Below are positions 48,331 through 58,277 of a stretch of DNA of 64,000 bases, in pieces; the first letter of the stretch is position 1, and every line of letters begins with the position of its first letter. Below the pieces are notes generated by a model. It searched no databases. It was not told where the DNA came from and saw nothing but the letters and a program-made list of their open reading frames with translations. Location of the stretch: positions 84,576-148,575 of the forward strand of contig JBBFKW010000013.1 of the NCBI GenBank assembly GCA_037481835.1, written 5' to 3'. Source of the DNA: Desulfosoma sp. (GTDB taxonomy: Bacteria > Desulfobacterota > Syntrophobacteria > Syntrophobacterales > DSM-9756). The position numbers and the translations under genes were made by a program.

Positions 48331-49884
48331 TTAAGAGGCCACCGAGACGGAGCCGGAAGGTTCCATGGCGAGGACCACCTGGATGGCTTCCACCGGCACG
48401 GCGGGTTGCACGACGATTCGGGCGATCAGGCGGCCGGAATCCACATCCTGCTGTGTCATGGTGTCGGTGCCGCAGGTCACGTGGAAAGCGTTTTGGACGT
48501 CCGTCCCGCCCAGCCCTCCGGCAAGGTACACGGCCTCGAGAAGGCTCGAGAGTCCCTGTTCCACGGTCCGCCACGACCGAGCCGATGCATTTTCAAAGAC
48601 GAGGCTCTCCCCGAGGCGTCGAGCGGCCTTCAAAATGAAACCCATGAGGCGACTCACGCAGCCGGGACCGTGCGCCGGCTCAAGGCTCGTCGTTCGATCG
48701 GAGGCGAGCTGGGTCCCTCGGGGAGTGGATTCAAAGAGGCAGAGGCGCCGTTTCATGGCATGAACGGAGTCTGGAACTTTTTCTTTTTCGTTCAGAGAAA
48801 GGACCGGATCCAGGCTGGAGACGGCCGCGGTGAGTGATCCTGCAGCGCTGCGGAACGTGCCCTTCTTGAGGGCGTTGGCGGCGAGAAGTCCCATGAGGGG
48901 CCCATCGGGAGCCAGGAGATTTTCCGCGTCTTCGGCATCTCCCAGCCATGGGAAAGCGCACTGGAAAAAGGCGCTGGCACATCCCCCTTCGTCCAGGCCG
49001 CGCCCGAGAATCGTCCCGCACAGTTCGGCCCACCAGAAAGGGCCGCACGCGGGATGAGGCGGCGGAAGGGCGCAGACGAGCTGCCATTCTCGGGCGTTTT
49101 CCACCATCCATGAAAGGAGGCAGTGGATCGCCCGCCCCCAGAGCGCGTAGCCCACGGGGTCATGCAGAGGGCGAAAAGGCGGGGCCGTTCGTCGATAAGG
49201 GGTCGGAACGTGAGGGGCGACACATTCCACAAAGGATTCCGGGGCGGGTCTTTCCGGCATGAGCACCGAAACGGGCTCCACCGGCGCGGCGCTCAGATAG
49301 GGAAGGTCGGGTAAGGCGACGAGGGCCGTATCCGCCAGAGCGGACCCGAGCTGGATCCCATGCTGGGAAAGCGGAGATTCCCCCGTCCTCGGCAGGGCGG
49401 CAAAGGGACGCTCGGCAAGTTGAGCCCGGTCGGCGGCCCCAACGAAAGGGCCGTTTCTCCCGTAAAGCAAACGCTCTAGTGTGGCCATGCGTTCGGCCTC
49501 CCCGGCGCCGGGGGATAACGGATCGGCCATGGAAACGACGTACGCTTTGATGCCGCCTTGGGCGAAAAAGGCTTTGACGGCTCGCCCCAGTGGATAGAAA
49601 GCCTCCCGAAGGGGGGTCGATTGCCCGGCTGCTTGCGGCCAGAGAAAAAACCGGCGAAAGGTTTCCCAGGAATCCACCGGTACGGGAACATCCCTAAGAT
49701 GGATTCCACCGGAAGGGGGACACACGCGATCCAACAAGCCCTGTTGCCGGTACCAGGGCTCCAGAGGATCGGGCAGGCGATCCAGGGAACGCAGCGGGGC
49801 CAGCCCCACAAAAAGCCCCACATCCATGCGGTAAGGGTGGACCGCCGGGTTTCCCGACTTTTCTTCAAACCAGATGGAGGGCAT
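48331..49884 (-). CDS. Divergent second tail sheath protein
   Basis: RMDVGLFVG...PVPVDSWETF...AVKAFFAQGG; C-terminal LVFE...AFHVTC...QDVDSGRLI sheath motifs. Confidence 0.8.
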   Translation of the reverse strand: MPSIWFEEKSGNPAVHPYRMDVGLFVGLAPLRSLDRLPDPLEPWYRQQGLLDRVCPPSGGIHLRDVPVPVDSWETFRRFFLWPQAAGQSTPLREAFYPLGRAVKAFFAQGGIKAYVVSMADPLSPGAGEAERMATLERLLYGRNGPFVGAADRAQLAERPFAALPRTGESPLSQHGIQLGSALADTALVALPDLPYLSAAPVEPVSVLMPERPAPESFVECVAPHVPTPYRRTAPPFRPLHDPVGYALWGRAIHCLLSWMVENAREWQLVCALPPPHPACGPFWWAELCGTILGRGLDEGGCASAFFQCAFPWLGDAEDAENLLAPDGPLMGLLAANALKKGTFRSAAGSLTAAVSSLDPVLSLNEKEKVPDSVHAMKRRLCLFESTPRGTQLASDRTTSLEPAHGPGCVSRLMGFILKAARRLGESLVFENASARSWRTVEQGLSSLLEAVYLAGGLGGTDVQNAFHVTCGTDTMTQQDVDSGRLIARIVVQPAVPVEAIQVVLAMEPSGSVSVAS

Positions 49885-49894
49885 CGGGAGCCCC

Positions 49895-50335
49895 TTAATC
49901 GAGTTCCAGAGCTTCGGCGGACAGCACCAATTCTTCCATGGCCACGTCCCCGCCCCCTTTGGCGGCCAGCGTGGGGCCGGTCCATTTGAGCGGGATGACG
50001 CCGCGCAGGTTCCACCGCTGCACTTCGTTGTGGCTTTCATCCATGAGGATCACGGATACGTTCCGCTGAGCGCGAACCCCTTCCTGGCGGACCTGCTTGA
50101 TCCAGTCCCAAAACTCCTTGGAATCGATGATCCCCCGTTTGAGGGTCACGTCCCCCACCTTGTGGATGCCGGGAACCTTGAGCACATGGTTCAAAGGGTA
50201 AGTCCCTTCGCGGTATTCGGAGATGGTGATTTCCGTATTGAGTCCAGACACATCGGAAAAGCCGGCAACGGCGATGCCGTCAATTTCAACGGCAAAGTTG
50301 AACGCTCCGTAAGGCACCAATCGATCTGCGGCCAT
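49895..50335 (-). CDS. Tail tube protein 1 (T4 gp19-like, Afp1-like)
   Basis: PYGAFNFAVEIDG, FSDVSGL, YREG, VTLKRGI, KWTGPTLAA. Confidence 0.95.
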   Translation of the reverse strand: MAADRLVPYGAFNFAVEIDGIAVAGFSDVSGLNTEITISEYREGTYPLNHVLKVPGIHKVGDVTLKRGIIDSKEFWDWIKQVRQEGVRAQRNVSVILMDESHNEVQRWNLRGVIPLKWTGPTLAAKGGGDVAMEELVLSAEALELD

Positions 50336-50478
50336 CGTCTTCCTCCCCTATCTGCCGAGCCCTCGTCCATGAAGGCGCCGGTCACTGCCGGCATCTTCGC
50401 GTTCAGTCCTTGGTCCCTCGTATCTTCCTCCCGTTCGGGCACGGGACGGTGTGCGAGTCGCCGCCTGAAATCGGGAAA

Positions 50479-52875
50479 TCATGCCCGGGCATCCGCCGTT
50501 TTTTGGCCGATGCGGAAGATGACGAATTCTGCAGGCTTAAGAACGGCGACCCCGATGAGGCAGATCAACCGGCCGTTGTCCAGATCGTCCTGGGTCATGG
50601 TCGATCGGTCACAGCGCACGAAATACGCTTCTTCCGGACTGGCTCCCAGCAGTGCGCCGCTTACCCATTGGTTGTAGAGGAAAGCGGAGACGGTGGCCCG
50701 CACATTGCCCCAGAGCCGTTCCCCGTTGGGTTCGAAGACGACCCACTGGGTGGAGCGGTCGATGGAATGTTCCAAGAAAATGAAGTAGCGGCGCACATTG
50801 ACGTATTTCCACTCAGGATCCGAAGAGGCGGTTCTCGCTCCCCACACCCGGAAGCCTCGGCCGGGAAAGAACCTCAGACAGTTGACCCCCAGGGGGTTGA
50901 GCACTTGCTGCTGCGCTTGGTTGATCTCCCGCTCCAAGCGGATGGCTCCGCGCACCACTTCGTTGGCGGGCGCTTTCCAGACGCCGCGCTGGACGTCGTT
51001 TCGGGCGTAGATGCCCGTAACGAAGCCGCTTGGTGGGACGGCGATTTCCTGGGGAATGCGGTCGTTGCCGGGACGGGCCAGGGGATTGGAGACCATGACC
51101 CACGGATAGTAGTAAGCGGCGTAGGTCGAGTCCATGGTTCCCCGGATTTCCCGCACCTCCTGCATGTCCACACCCGGCGGACTGTCCAGTACAGCGATCC
51201 GGTATCGCATGTTTTCCGCGTGGGTGATGAGGGACTGCTGAATGGCGCTGTATTGGGCCGTGTCGGAATATCCCGGAGCCGCCACGATGGCGATGTCGTC
51301 GATGGCTTCCAAGAGCTTGAGCGCATCGGTGTAAGCAACGGCCCCGGGGATGTTGGAGGTGTTTGTCGGCTCCGCGCCGTCGTTGCCGCCCCTTACGGCG
51401 ATATCTCGACTGGTGCCGGATCCCAGAAGACCCTGCCGGAGATCGAAAGGATGGACGTCTCCTTCGACCTGGAGCGCGTAAGGGTTTTGAAGCGCTTCCG
51501 ATCGCCGCGACGGCCTTTGGGCCAGGACGGATCCGATCCACCGGGGATGAAGGGGCGAAAAGCCCACATCCTCGTAGACCCGCACAGTGTTGTCGGCATC
51601 CCGACTTTCCAGGTTCATCAGGATGAGCGTTGACCCGGCGGGAAGGGGGGTGGAGGTGTTCAGGGCAGTGGCCCGGTCGGAGCCGCCGACCCACCCGGAA
51701 GGCCCCAGTGCGTGCCGCACATAATAGGCGGTCCCTTCGGCGGCACGGCCCCGGGCTTCTTCGGCCGGAAGTCCCAGAGCCGTCCGAGCCGGCGTTTCTT
51801 CGGCGCGCACGGCGGCGCCCGTTCCCGTTTCTGTGGTGCTCAAAAGAAGGCGTCCCGTTGCGGGATCAGTCGTGGCGCGCACGGCGATGCCGGCGTCCTG
51901 AAGCAGGGCGTCGATTTCGGCCGCCGAAACGTCATCCAGGTTCACCACATTTCCTGTGCCTACGGCGCTCTGATCCGCAGCAAAACCCAACGCTGAAAGG
52001 GCCGACACACTCACCATCGCCCCGGTGCCACGGGCGTCCGTCCCCAAAACGAGGCGGGGGCCCCCTGCCACGCGGGCGTAGCCTCGACGTATCCGCGTAT
52101 TTATGAAGGCGGCGAGATCCGCCAGCGTCGTAATCCCCGCAGGGATGGCAACGGCCTGGTCCAAACCGCCCAAGGTCACCCGAAGGACAGTATCTGCCGG
52201 AACGTCCACGGGGTCCGCCACGACCTCGCCTTGGATTTCCGCGGGAGTGCCGTGAAAAGAGACGCTGGAAGTGCCTGCGGCGGTGGTGAGGGTGAGTTGG
52301 TCCCCGTCGTTCAGGCGGAAGGGCGGACTGCCGCCCATGAGGACGGCAGGTTGAGGCGTCGTGCTCTGAATGCGCAGGAGCGATCCCAAGGGGGCTTTGT
52401 CCAAGGTGGCCGAAGTCACGGGCACGGCTTTTTCGGTGACGGTGATCCGCCCGTTTAGGCCCGAACCGGGCATGCGGGCTGTAAAACGCACCCGGACGGT
52501 TGCGAAGTCCACCACAAGGTCCGAGCGGGCGATTCCCGTAGAAGACACGGTCCCGCCCCCGTCGGTGCGCGGAACGAAGGTTCGAGCGATGTAGAGACGC
52601 GAACCTCCATTGTCGAAGAACGCCCGCACGGCATGAGCCACATAGTTGGTCTTTTGCGGGTCCTCGTCGGCGGCGGCCGAAAAGGAGAGGTTTTCCAATC
52701 CGCCGAAAATCCTCTCGAATTCGCCGAAGCTGGTGACCATGACCGGGGTTTCCGTCAGCGGCCCCTTGCGGGTTGGGCCGACGAAGGCCGTGGTGCTCGT
52801 GCCCACCCCTTCGATGGACTTGGGACGAAAGCTCACTTCTTCCACGTACACTCCGGGAGCTAAGTATTCCGGCAT
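50479..52875 (-). CDS. Major tail sheath protein, 798 aa
   Basis: MPEYLAPGVYVEE, FFDNGG, YYPW, PPSG...RGVWKAPAN, VWGART, YVNVRR, WVVFEPN, KPAEFVIFRI; AGGAGG RBS. Confidence 0.96.
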   Translation of the reverse strand: MPEYLAPGVYVEEVSFRPKSIEGVGTSTTAFVGPTRKGPLTETPVMVTSFGEFERIFGGLENLSFSAAADEDPQKTNYVAHAVRAFFDNGGSRLYIARTFVPRTDGGGTVSSTGIARSDLVVDFATVRVRFTARMPGSGLNGRITVTEKAVPVTSATLDKAPLGSLLRIQSTTPQPAVLMGGSPPFRLNDGDQLTLTTAAGTSSVSFHGTPAEIQGEVVADPVDVPADTVLRVTLGGLDQAVAIPAGITTLADLAAFINTRIRRGYARVAGGPRLVLGTDARGTGAMVSVSALSALGFAADQSAVGTGNVVNLDDVSAAEIDALLQDAGIAVRATTDPATGRLLLSTTETGTGAAVRAEETPARTALGLPAEEARGRAAEGTAYYVRHALGPSGWVGGSDRATALNTSTPLPAGSTLILMNLESRDADNTVRVYEDVGFSPLHPRWIGSVLAQRPSRRSEALQNPYALQVEGDVHPFDLRQGLLGSGTSRDIAVRGGNDGAEPTNTSNIPGAVAYTDALKLLEAIDDIAIVAAPGYSDTAQYSAIQQSLITHAENMRYRIAVLDSPPGVDMQEVREIRGTMDSTYAAYYYPWVMVSNPLARPGNDRIPQEIAVPPSGFVTGIYARNDVQRGVWKAPANEVVRGAIRLEREINQAQQQVLNPLGVNCLRFFPGRGFRVWGARTASSDPEWKYVNVRRYFIFLEHSIDRSTQWVVFEPNGERLWGNVRATVSAFLYNQWVSGALLGASPEEAYFVRCDRSTMTQDDLDNGRLICLIGVAVLKPAEFVIFRIGQKTADARA

Positions 52876-52912
52876 GGTTCCGCCTCCTGGTTGATGGTGA
52901 TCCCTCATGTCC

Positions 52913-53752
52913 TTATGTCGTTGAAACGGTTTTTCGGATCCTTTCCGTTCGCCCGGCCTTGAGCGTCAGGGCATGCTCGCTTCGAAGAAAACTTTCGTGT
53001 TCCTTTTCCAGCCGGTCCGGATCGGGGAAGCCCACCGCCTCGGCATCCCACACCACCTGCATTCGCGCCGGGGTCTCGTAAACCAAGACGGGTTCTTCCG
53101 TATCGTCTCCATGGCCGTCTCCGGTGCCGTTGGTCCCGCCTTCCGAAGAGCGGGCAAAAGGGATGGCCGGGACGACCACGAGACCCTCGCCGCGGGCGTC
53201 CGTCATGCCGCTGGCCAAAAGGACGGCTCCCGAGCTGTCCGTGATTCGAAGGAGGGCTCCCGATAAGGGCACGGATCGGCCGTCCACCGAGCGATCCAGC
53301 GAGACACGCACGAGGCTCCACCGAATGCCGGGCACTGATGCGGCCGGGGCCGGAAAGAGCGACACCCGGGCGGGCTGAAAGAGGGAATGCTCCACATCGG
53401 GGTGCGCCGGGTCGGGGTCTCGGGGAAGCAAAAGGGTGAAGGATCGGGCAAGGTAACGGCGGGAAGGGTCTTCGACAGTGCCGCGAAAGGGAAGGGCTTG
53501 GAGCGGCGGGTCTTGCGGAGGAGCCCGAAAGGCCTGACCGTGATGTTCAAGGCCCGCGGCTTTCTGGATGATGTATCGACCGGAAGGTTTTCTCATGAGC
53601 CCCACCCCGGGAATATCGACGCATAAGGTCCTGTTTACGGGAAAACCCGTGGTGAGGTCGACGAAATCCAAGGCGCCGAGAATGCGTCGAATGCGCCATT
53701 CCACGAAACGGAGGCGGGAAAGCCCCTGGGGATCCACGCTCATGGACGGCAT
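52913..53752 (-). CDS. eCIS hypothetical protein (beta-sandwich / carboxypeptidase-regulatory-like)
   Basis: TGATG-coupled to DUF4255 and directly upstream of the sheath; GMTDARGEG motif. Confidence 0.65.
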   Translation of the reverse strand: MPSMSVDPQGLSRLRFVEWRIRRILGALDFVDLTTGFPVNRTLCVDIPGVGLMRKPSGRYIIQKAAGLEHHGQAFRAPPQDPPLQALPFRGTVEDPSRRYLARSFTLLLPRDPDPAHPDVEHSLFQPARVSLFPAPAASVPGIRWSLVRVSLDRSVDGRSVPLSGALLRITDSSGAVLLASGMTDARGEGLVVVPAIPFARSSEGGTNGTGDGHGDDTEEPVLVYETPARMQVVWDAEAVGFPDPDRLEKEHESFLRSEHALTLKAGRTERIRKTVSTT

Positions 53753-54348
53753 CAGCGCGCCTCCTTTTCACCGAATCCAAAGGCCGATACCGCGACCGGC
53801 CGCCCCTCAGGCTGCGAAACACCCTCGATGGCCACGGGCCGGACCACATAGGCCAAGGACAGACGATAGGGTGGAGCCAGAGCGTCCCACAGGCGCATCA
53901 TGTCTTCGGGGGCGAGATCTTCGGGAAGGATCTGGAGCATGTCTCCCGGGTCCCAGCCGGCTTCGGCCGAGAGCACCGAAACGTCCAAGACGGCGTGCGT
54001 TTCCAAGGTGTGCAGGACCCATGCCGCCAGGATGTGCTCTGTCAAAGGGCTGTCGGCCCAAAAGGTGATGAGATAATGCAGGTCCAGGACAACCGCGGCT
54101 TTCTGCGGTGCGCCATCCGCCCTGATGGGTCTGTTGCGGTGGTGTTCGTTCCAGGTGATGCGATAAAGGTAGAGGCCGACGGTGGGTTCCATGTCGCCGT
54201 CCTGGAGTCTTGCCAATTCGTTGCTTGAAAACACACGAAAGCGACAATCGTGGGGCTGTCGAATCCCTTCGGGCAGCGTTCGAAACGCCCGATCCAAAAA
54301 CGTGGCCAGCGAAGCTCCCACCGAATGGATGGCACTGAAATTGGCCAT
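53752..54348 (-). CDS. DUF4255 tail terminator/cap (Afp16/Pvc16-like)
   Basis: AIHSVGASL, VGLYLYRITWN, LDLHYLIT, LWDAL...YRLSLAYVVRPV. Confidence 0.9.
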   Translation of the reverse strand: MANFSAIHSVGASLATFLDRAFRTLPEGIRQPHDCRFRVFSSNELARLQDGDMEPTVGLYLYRITWNEHHRNRPIRADGAPQKAAVVLDLHYLITFWADSPLTEHILAAWVLHTLETHAVLDVSVLSAEAGWDPGDMLQILPEDLAPEDMMRLWDALAPPYRLSLAYVVRPVAIEGVSQPEGRPVAVSAFGFGEKEAR

Positions 54349-54676
54349 GAGGTGCTCCGTTGCGACCTTGGCGTTTTATGGACTCGTTCGGGAGCGCCTG
54401 GGGGTTTTCCGTTTTGCCGAAGCGAAGGCCTCCGGCCTGCCGAAGCATCGGCCGCAAGGTGTGCGCTCCCGAGTCACAGCCCGCCGTCTCGCACCGTCCT
54501 CCATCCCCCTGAGTGGGCTTTTCCCACGGGGAAAAAACAAACACCCTGAATGCAAGAACTCATAGCGCGACGGCATCACCGCCGGATCACCGCGGCATCA
54601 CAGACACTTAAAGCGGGAAAAAATGGAAGACTGAATCGGTGTTCTCGACAGGTCGGGGGGTGTTCGGCGCTCGAGA

Positions 54677-54702
54677 GGGGGAGAGGATGCGACCTCTCCC
54701 CC
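54677..54702 (-). terminator. GC-rich hairpin just after the inferred true mvhA stop (possible terminator)
   Basis: GGGGGAGAGG-N6-CCTCTCCCCC 10-bp stem about 20 nt past the stop at 54722; U-tract is weak. Confidence 0.45.
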
Positions 54703-54721
54703 GGCGCCTCAGACTTACCGC

Positions 54722-56176
54722 TCAGGCGGTTTCACGAGGCCACTGGCCGACGATGCGGCCGGCGGCGTCGGTGATGGTGATCTCAATGGAGGGATCGCCG
54801 TCCAGGCGATGGGTGGCGCAGGAAATTCAGGGATCGTAGGCGCGCACCGCCATTTCCACCCGGTTGAGCAGTCCCTGGTCCACGGTGCCCTTATGGATGA
54901 TGGATTTTGCGGCCTGTTTGACGCTGAGGTTCATGGGGGCGATGTTGTGGGTGGTTCCCACGATGAGGTTCGCCCGGGTGATCAGGCCGTTGTCGTCCGT
55001 GGAGTAATCGTGGATCAATGTGCCTCGCGGGGCTTCCACGCTGCCCACCCCCCGGCCGGCTTTCGGTTCCACCTCGGCCCGGACCCGGGGATCGCAGATC
55101 TCGGGGTCTTTCAAAAGCTCCATGGCGTGCTCGCACGCATAGACTTCTTCGATGAGCCGAGCCCAGTGGTAGAGCAGGGTCGCCTGGGCGGGCCGTCCGA
55201 ATTTCTCCCGGAACTCTTCCAGCTCCGCCTGCGCGCGCGGGGTGGGGATGCGATCCGCCACATTGATGCGCGCCAGGGTGTTGGCCCGATAGATGCCTTT
55301 GGGATTGGTTTCGTCCAAGGAAAACCCTTCGTTCCACACCTTGGCGTAAGGCATCTTGGCGTAGGAATAGGGTTCCACGTGTTCGCCCAAATAGTCCGCA
55401 TAATCCTGGACATCGAACTCGGTGAAGGTCCCATCGGGTTTCATGAGACGGATGCGGCCGTCGTAAAGGTTCAGGGCTCCCGTCTCGTCCACCGTGCCGA
55501 TGAAGCCCGTGCGGATCACCCCCAGGGATTGGATTGTTTCCAGGTAGGGTGGAAAAACCTTGGTTTTGGCGAATTCGAGGGTGAACAAAGCGAAATCCAG
55601 AAGCTCACCCATCTGGGCAAGGATGTCCCGCCGTTCCTCCTCGAGCATGGGCTTGGAAAAGCCTCCCACGACCCCGGCGATGGGGTGGATGGCCTTGCCG
55701 GCGAAGCGCTCCAGAATCATCTTGGCGCGATGGCGCATCTGCACGACCTTCTGGGCCAGTTCCGGATGGGCCTTGGCAATGCCGATGACGTTGCGCACCG
55801 AATAGTCGGCATCGGGGCCGATGACGAAATCGGCTGCAGCGAGGAAGAAAAAGTGCAGGAGTTTGTCTTCCGCATGGGCGATGGTCTGCATGAGCTCCCG
55901 CAGCTTTTGGGCGGCGGGCGGCGGCGTGACGCCGAAACATCGGTCCACCGCCTTGTTGGACGCCAGATGATGCATCCACGGGCAGATGCCGCAAATGCGG
56001 TTGACGATCCGGGGGACTTCTTCGGCGGGTTTTCCTTCGATGAATTTTTCAAACCCGCGAAGGGACAGGATGTTCACGCGCGCATCCCGCACTTCGCCCG
56101 CATCGTCCAGTTGGATCTGGATCGACGCGTGCCCTTCGATGCGCGTGATGGGCTGGATATGGATGACCCGACTCAT
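54722..56176 (-). CDS. mvhA: [NiFeSe] Mvh-type (group 3c) hydrogenase large subunit, 484 aa, Sec at codon 450
   Basis: TRIEGH, RICGIC; C-terminal RAYDP-UGA(54827-54829)-ISCATH matches DPCxxCxxH, followed by a 28-aa extension and a SECIS-like hairpin. Confidence 0.93.
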
Positions 56177-56178
56177 CA

Positions 56179-57117
56179 CTAAGACTCCTTTCGCGGCCGT
56201 GTGGGCCGAAGCAACCGGTGAGCTCCCGCAAAGCGCAGAAGCGAGGGGAATTCCGGAAGCGATTTCACGTCGATCCCGTTGGAAGCCAGGGCGTTCAGCA
56301 TGTCCAGCAGGGGATTGCCGTCGTGCCGAACCGGCCCGTAACAGCCTCGACAGGGCACCCGTGCGGCAAGACAGCGCGGCGTCTTGACGTCCCCGCCGCA
56401 TCCGGCGCGGGTGACCGGTCCCATGCACAGGAAACCCTGTTCCAGCAGGCACCGCATCTTATCCAGAGGTTCGTCAGGGCTGTGATAGAAGGGATTTTGC
56501 AAGAAGCGGCGCAAGGTCTTGAGTTTTCCTTTGCCTTCGCGCACCGTGGGACAGGTGTCGCACACACTCTTTGTGGGAAGATCCGGGGCCTTCCCTTCCA
56601 GCAGGGCGCTCAGAGCCGTAAAGAGCTGGTCCGGATGGGGCGGACAGCCCGGCAGGTACACATCCACCGCAATGTGCTCGTCCAAAGCGGAACACACCTC
56701 CAGCAGCCGAGGCACCGGGGGTTCGAAGGTGCGGGGGTTTTCGTCGGTGGTTTCCGTGGAAAAGCACCGGTCCAGAAGCTCGGACACGGGAAAGCCGTTG
56801 GCCAAAGCGGGTATGCCGCCGTGGGTGGCGCATGTGCCCAAGGCGATGATCACCTTGCAGCGCGATCGCATGTGGGCGGCGATTTCCGCATGTTCTTCGT
56901 TTCGGATGCCTCCGCTGATGATCCCCACGTCGGCTTCCGGAATGTCCAGATGATCCTTTTCCCCCGTCTGCCCGAAGTACTTGTGGTCCAAAAGCACGGG
57001 GATGTGCACGAATTCCACGAGATTGAGCACGTCCAGGAGCCGTTCCCCCAGATCCACCAGGGAGATTTCACACCCGGAACACGAATTGAGCCATTCGCTG
57101 GCTACGGTCACTGGCAT
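56179..57117 (-). CDS. mvhG: Mvh hydrogenase small subunit
   Basis: WLNSCSGCE, GTCATHGG, PGCPP, VCDTC, CLLEQGFLCMGPVTRAGC, CRGCYGP. Confidence 0.92.
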   Translation of the reverse strand: MPVTVASEWLNSCSGCEISLVDLGERLLDVLNLVEFVHIPVLLDHKYFGQTGEKDHLDIPEADVGIISGGIRNEEHAEIAAHMRSRCKVIIALGTCATHGGIPALANGFPVSELLDRCFSTETTDENPRTFEPPVPRLLEVCSALDEHIAVDVYLPGCPPHPDQLFTALSALLEGKAPDLPTKSVCDTCPTVREGKGKLKTLRRFLQNPFYHSPDEPLDKMRCLLEQGFLCMGPVTRAGCGGDVKTPRCLAARVPCRGCYGPVRHDGNPLLDMLNALASNGIDVKSLPEFPSLLRFAGAHRLLRPTRPRKES

Positions 57118-57150
57118 GGCTGATCCTCCTCATGGGGCACGGACCGCGCG

Positions 57151-58263
57151 TCACAGGGCGACGACGACCGGTTTGCCCAGTTCCCGGCGATGGTTTCTGG
57201 CCTCGGAGCGTTTCTGCGCCGCCGCCCGCATGACCGTTTCCAGGACCTTTTCGGACACCGCGGGATCCTCCCGCCGATCCTTCTCTTCCACCGTCCGTCC
57301 TCGAGCGTCCAAATAGGCGGCGCGTCCCTTGGGGGTTCTCGTGATGTAGGATGTCCAGCCTTCGGGGGCCCCAAGACCGCCAAAGGAGATGTCCGCCAGT
57401 TCCGCGCTGTAGTCTTCACAGTATCGGCAGGCATGGCGCTTGAGGCGGTCCAGCAAGTGGATGTCCAGTCGCCGAACGGAGCCGTCCTTGAGGTGCACCT
57501 GGAAGGATTCCTTGACGTTGATCTTGACCACGTCGTCCCAGGAAAAGTTGCCGGATCGGGCCAGTTCCATGCGATGGGGTTCGTCGAAGAGGAAGTTCCC
57601 CGAACAGTAAAGGCCCAGGCAGAAGGAGACAGACTCCGAGGGCATGACGCCGAGGGTTTCCATGCGCCGGAACGCCTGAATCTGACACGGGGTGCCCACG
57701 AGCGCCACGCGGCGAAGGCCCTTGCTCATGAGCGGCTTCAGGGCCTCCACACTGGCCCGGGCCATATAGGCCTCCCCCAGCCCGACGACGCCGTGGCTGG
57801 TATCGAAAAAGAAGCCGGCGCTTTCCTTGATTTCATCAATCGATGTGGCGAGAAAGGGTTCCCTTTGAAAGCGCCCGATCCTCCGGGCCACGATGGCCCC
57901 GTCGATATGCCCCGTGTGGAAGAGGTGGAGCAGGAGCGCCGTAACCAGGCCCCCGTCCGTCGCGTGCCGGCGCACCTCCGGGTCCAGGGCCCGGGCAACG
58001 CCGGCGCTCAGCACCCTGCCGATGGGGGCGCTCCAGCTCAGCCGATGCCGTGTTTCCGGCTCCAGTTCGTCGATTTCCGGGCACACGGCATGGCACAGGC
58101 CGCATTCGATGCACTTTTCCACGTCTTTATAGCGAGGGCGGCCGTCTTCGCCGATTTCCAAGGCGCCGTAGTTGACGGACGTGCACAGGGAGACGCAGCC
58201 GCCGCAGCGATGGCACAGCCCCGGCTTGATCACCTCTTGGAGCAAATGGAAAAAGGTCTTCAT
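57151..58263 (-). CDS. Coenzyme F420 hydrogenase/dehydrogenase beta-subunit (FrhB/FdhB) family protein with N-terminal 2x[4Fe-4S]
   Basis: CHRCGGCVSLC / CIECGLCHAVCP, DGGLVTALL, VGTPCQI, GLYC, CRYCEDYSAELADISFG; AAGGAGGAG RBS. Confidence 0.88.
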   Translation of the reverse strand: MKTFFHLLQEVIKPGLCHRCGGCVSLCTSVNYGALEIGEDGRPRYKDVEKCIECGLCHAVCPEIDELEPETRHRLSWSAPIGRVLSAGVARALDPEVRRHATDGGLVTALLLHLFHTGHIDGAIVARRIGRFQREPFLATSIDEIKESAGFFFDTSHGVVGLGEAYMARASVEALKPLMSKGLRRVALVGTPCQIQAFRRMETLGVMPSESVSFCLGLYCSGNFLFDEPHRMELARSGNFSWDDVVKINVKESFQVHLKDGSVRRLDIHLLDRLKRHACRYCEDYSAELADISFGGLGAPEGWTSYITRTPKGRAAYLDARGRTVEEKDRREDPAVSEKVLETVMRAAAQKRSEARNHRRELGKPVVVAL

Positions 58264-58277
58264 CTTCGCTCCTCCTT

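Larger units (their letters stand above)
20130..54348 (-). other. Extracellular contractile injection system (eCIS, Afp/PVC-like) gene cluster
   Basis: Co-directional DUF4255, two sheaths, two tubes, Afp7-like, gpD, gpV, gp25, baseplate J, tail I-like, AAA+ ATPase and DUF4157 genes; no capsid, portal, terminase, integrase or TssJLM. Confidence 0.93.

Noticed and set aside
38358..54348. Prophage or type VI secretion system
   Set aside because: No capsid, portal, terminase or integrase, and no TssJLM/TssK/ClpV; DUF4255 + Afp15-like ATPase + DUF4157 indicate eCIS
54415..54460. Resemblance to a c-di-GMP-I riboswitch (GCGAAGGCCTCCGGCCT)
   Set aside because: It is on the strand opposite the eCIS leader and lacks the GGCAAA...GAAA first stem
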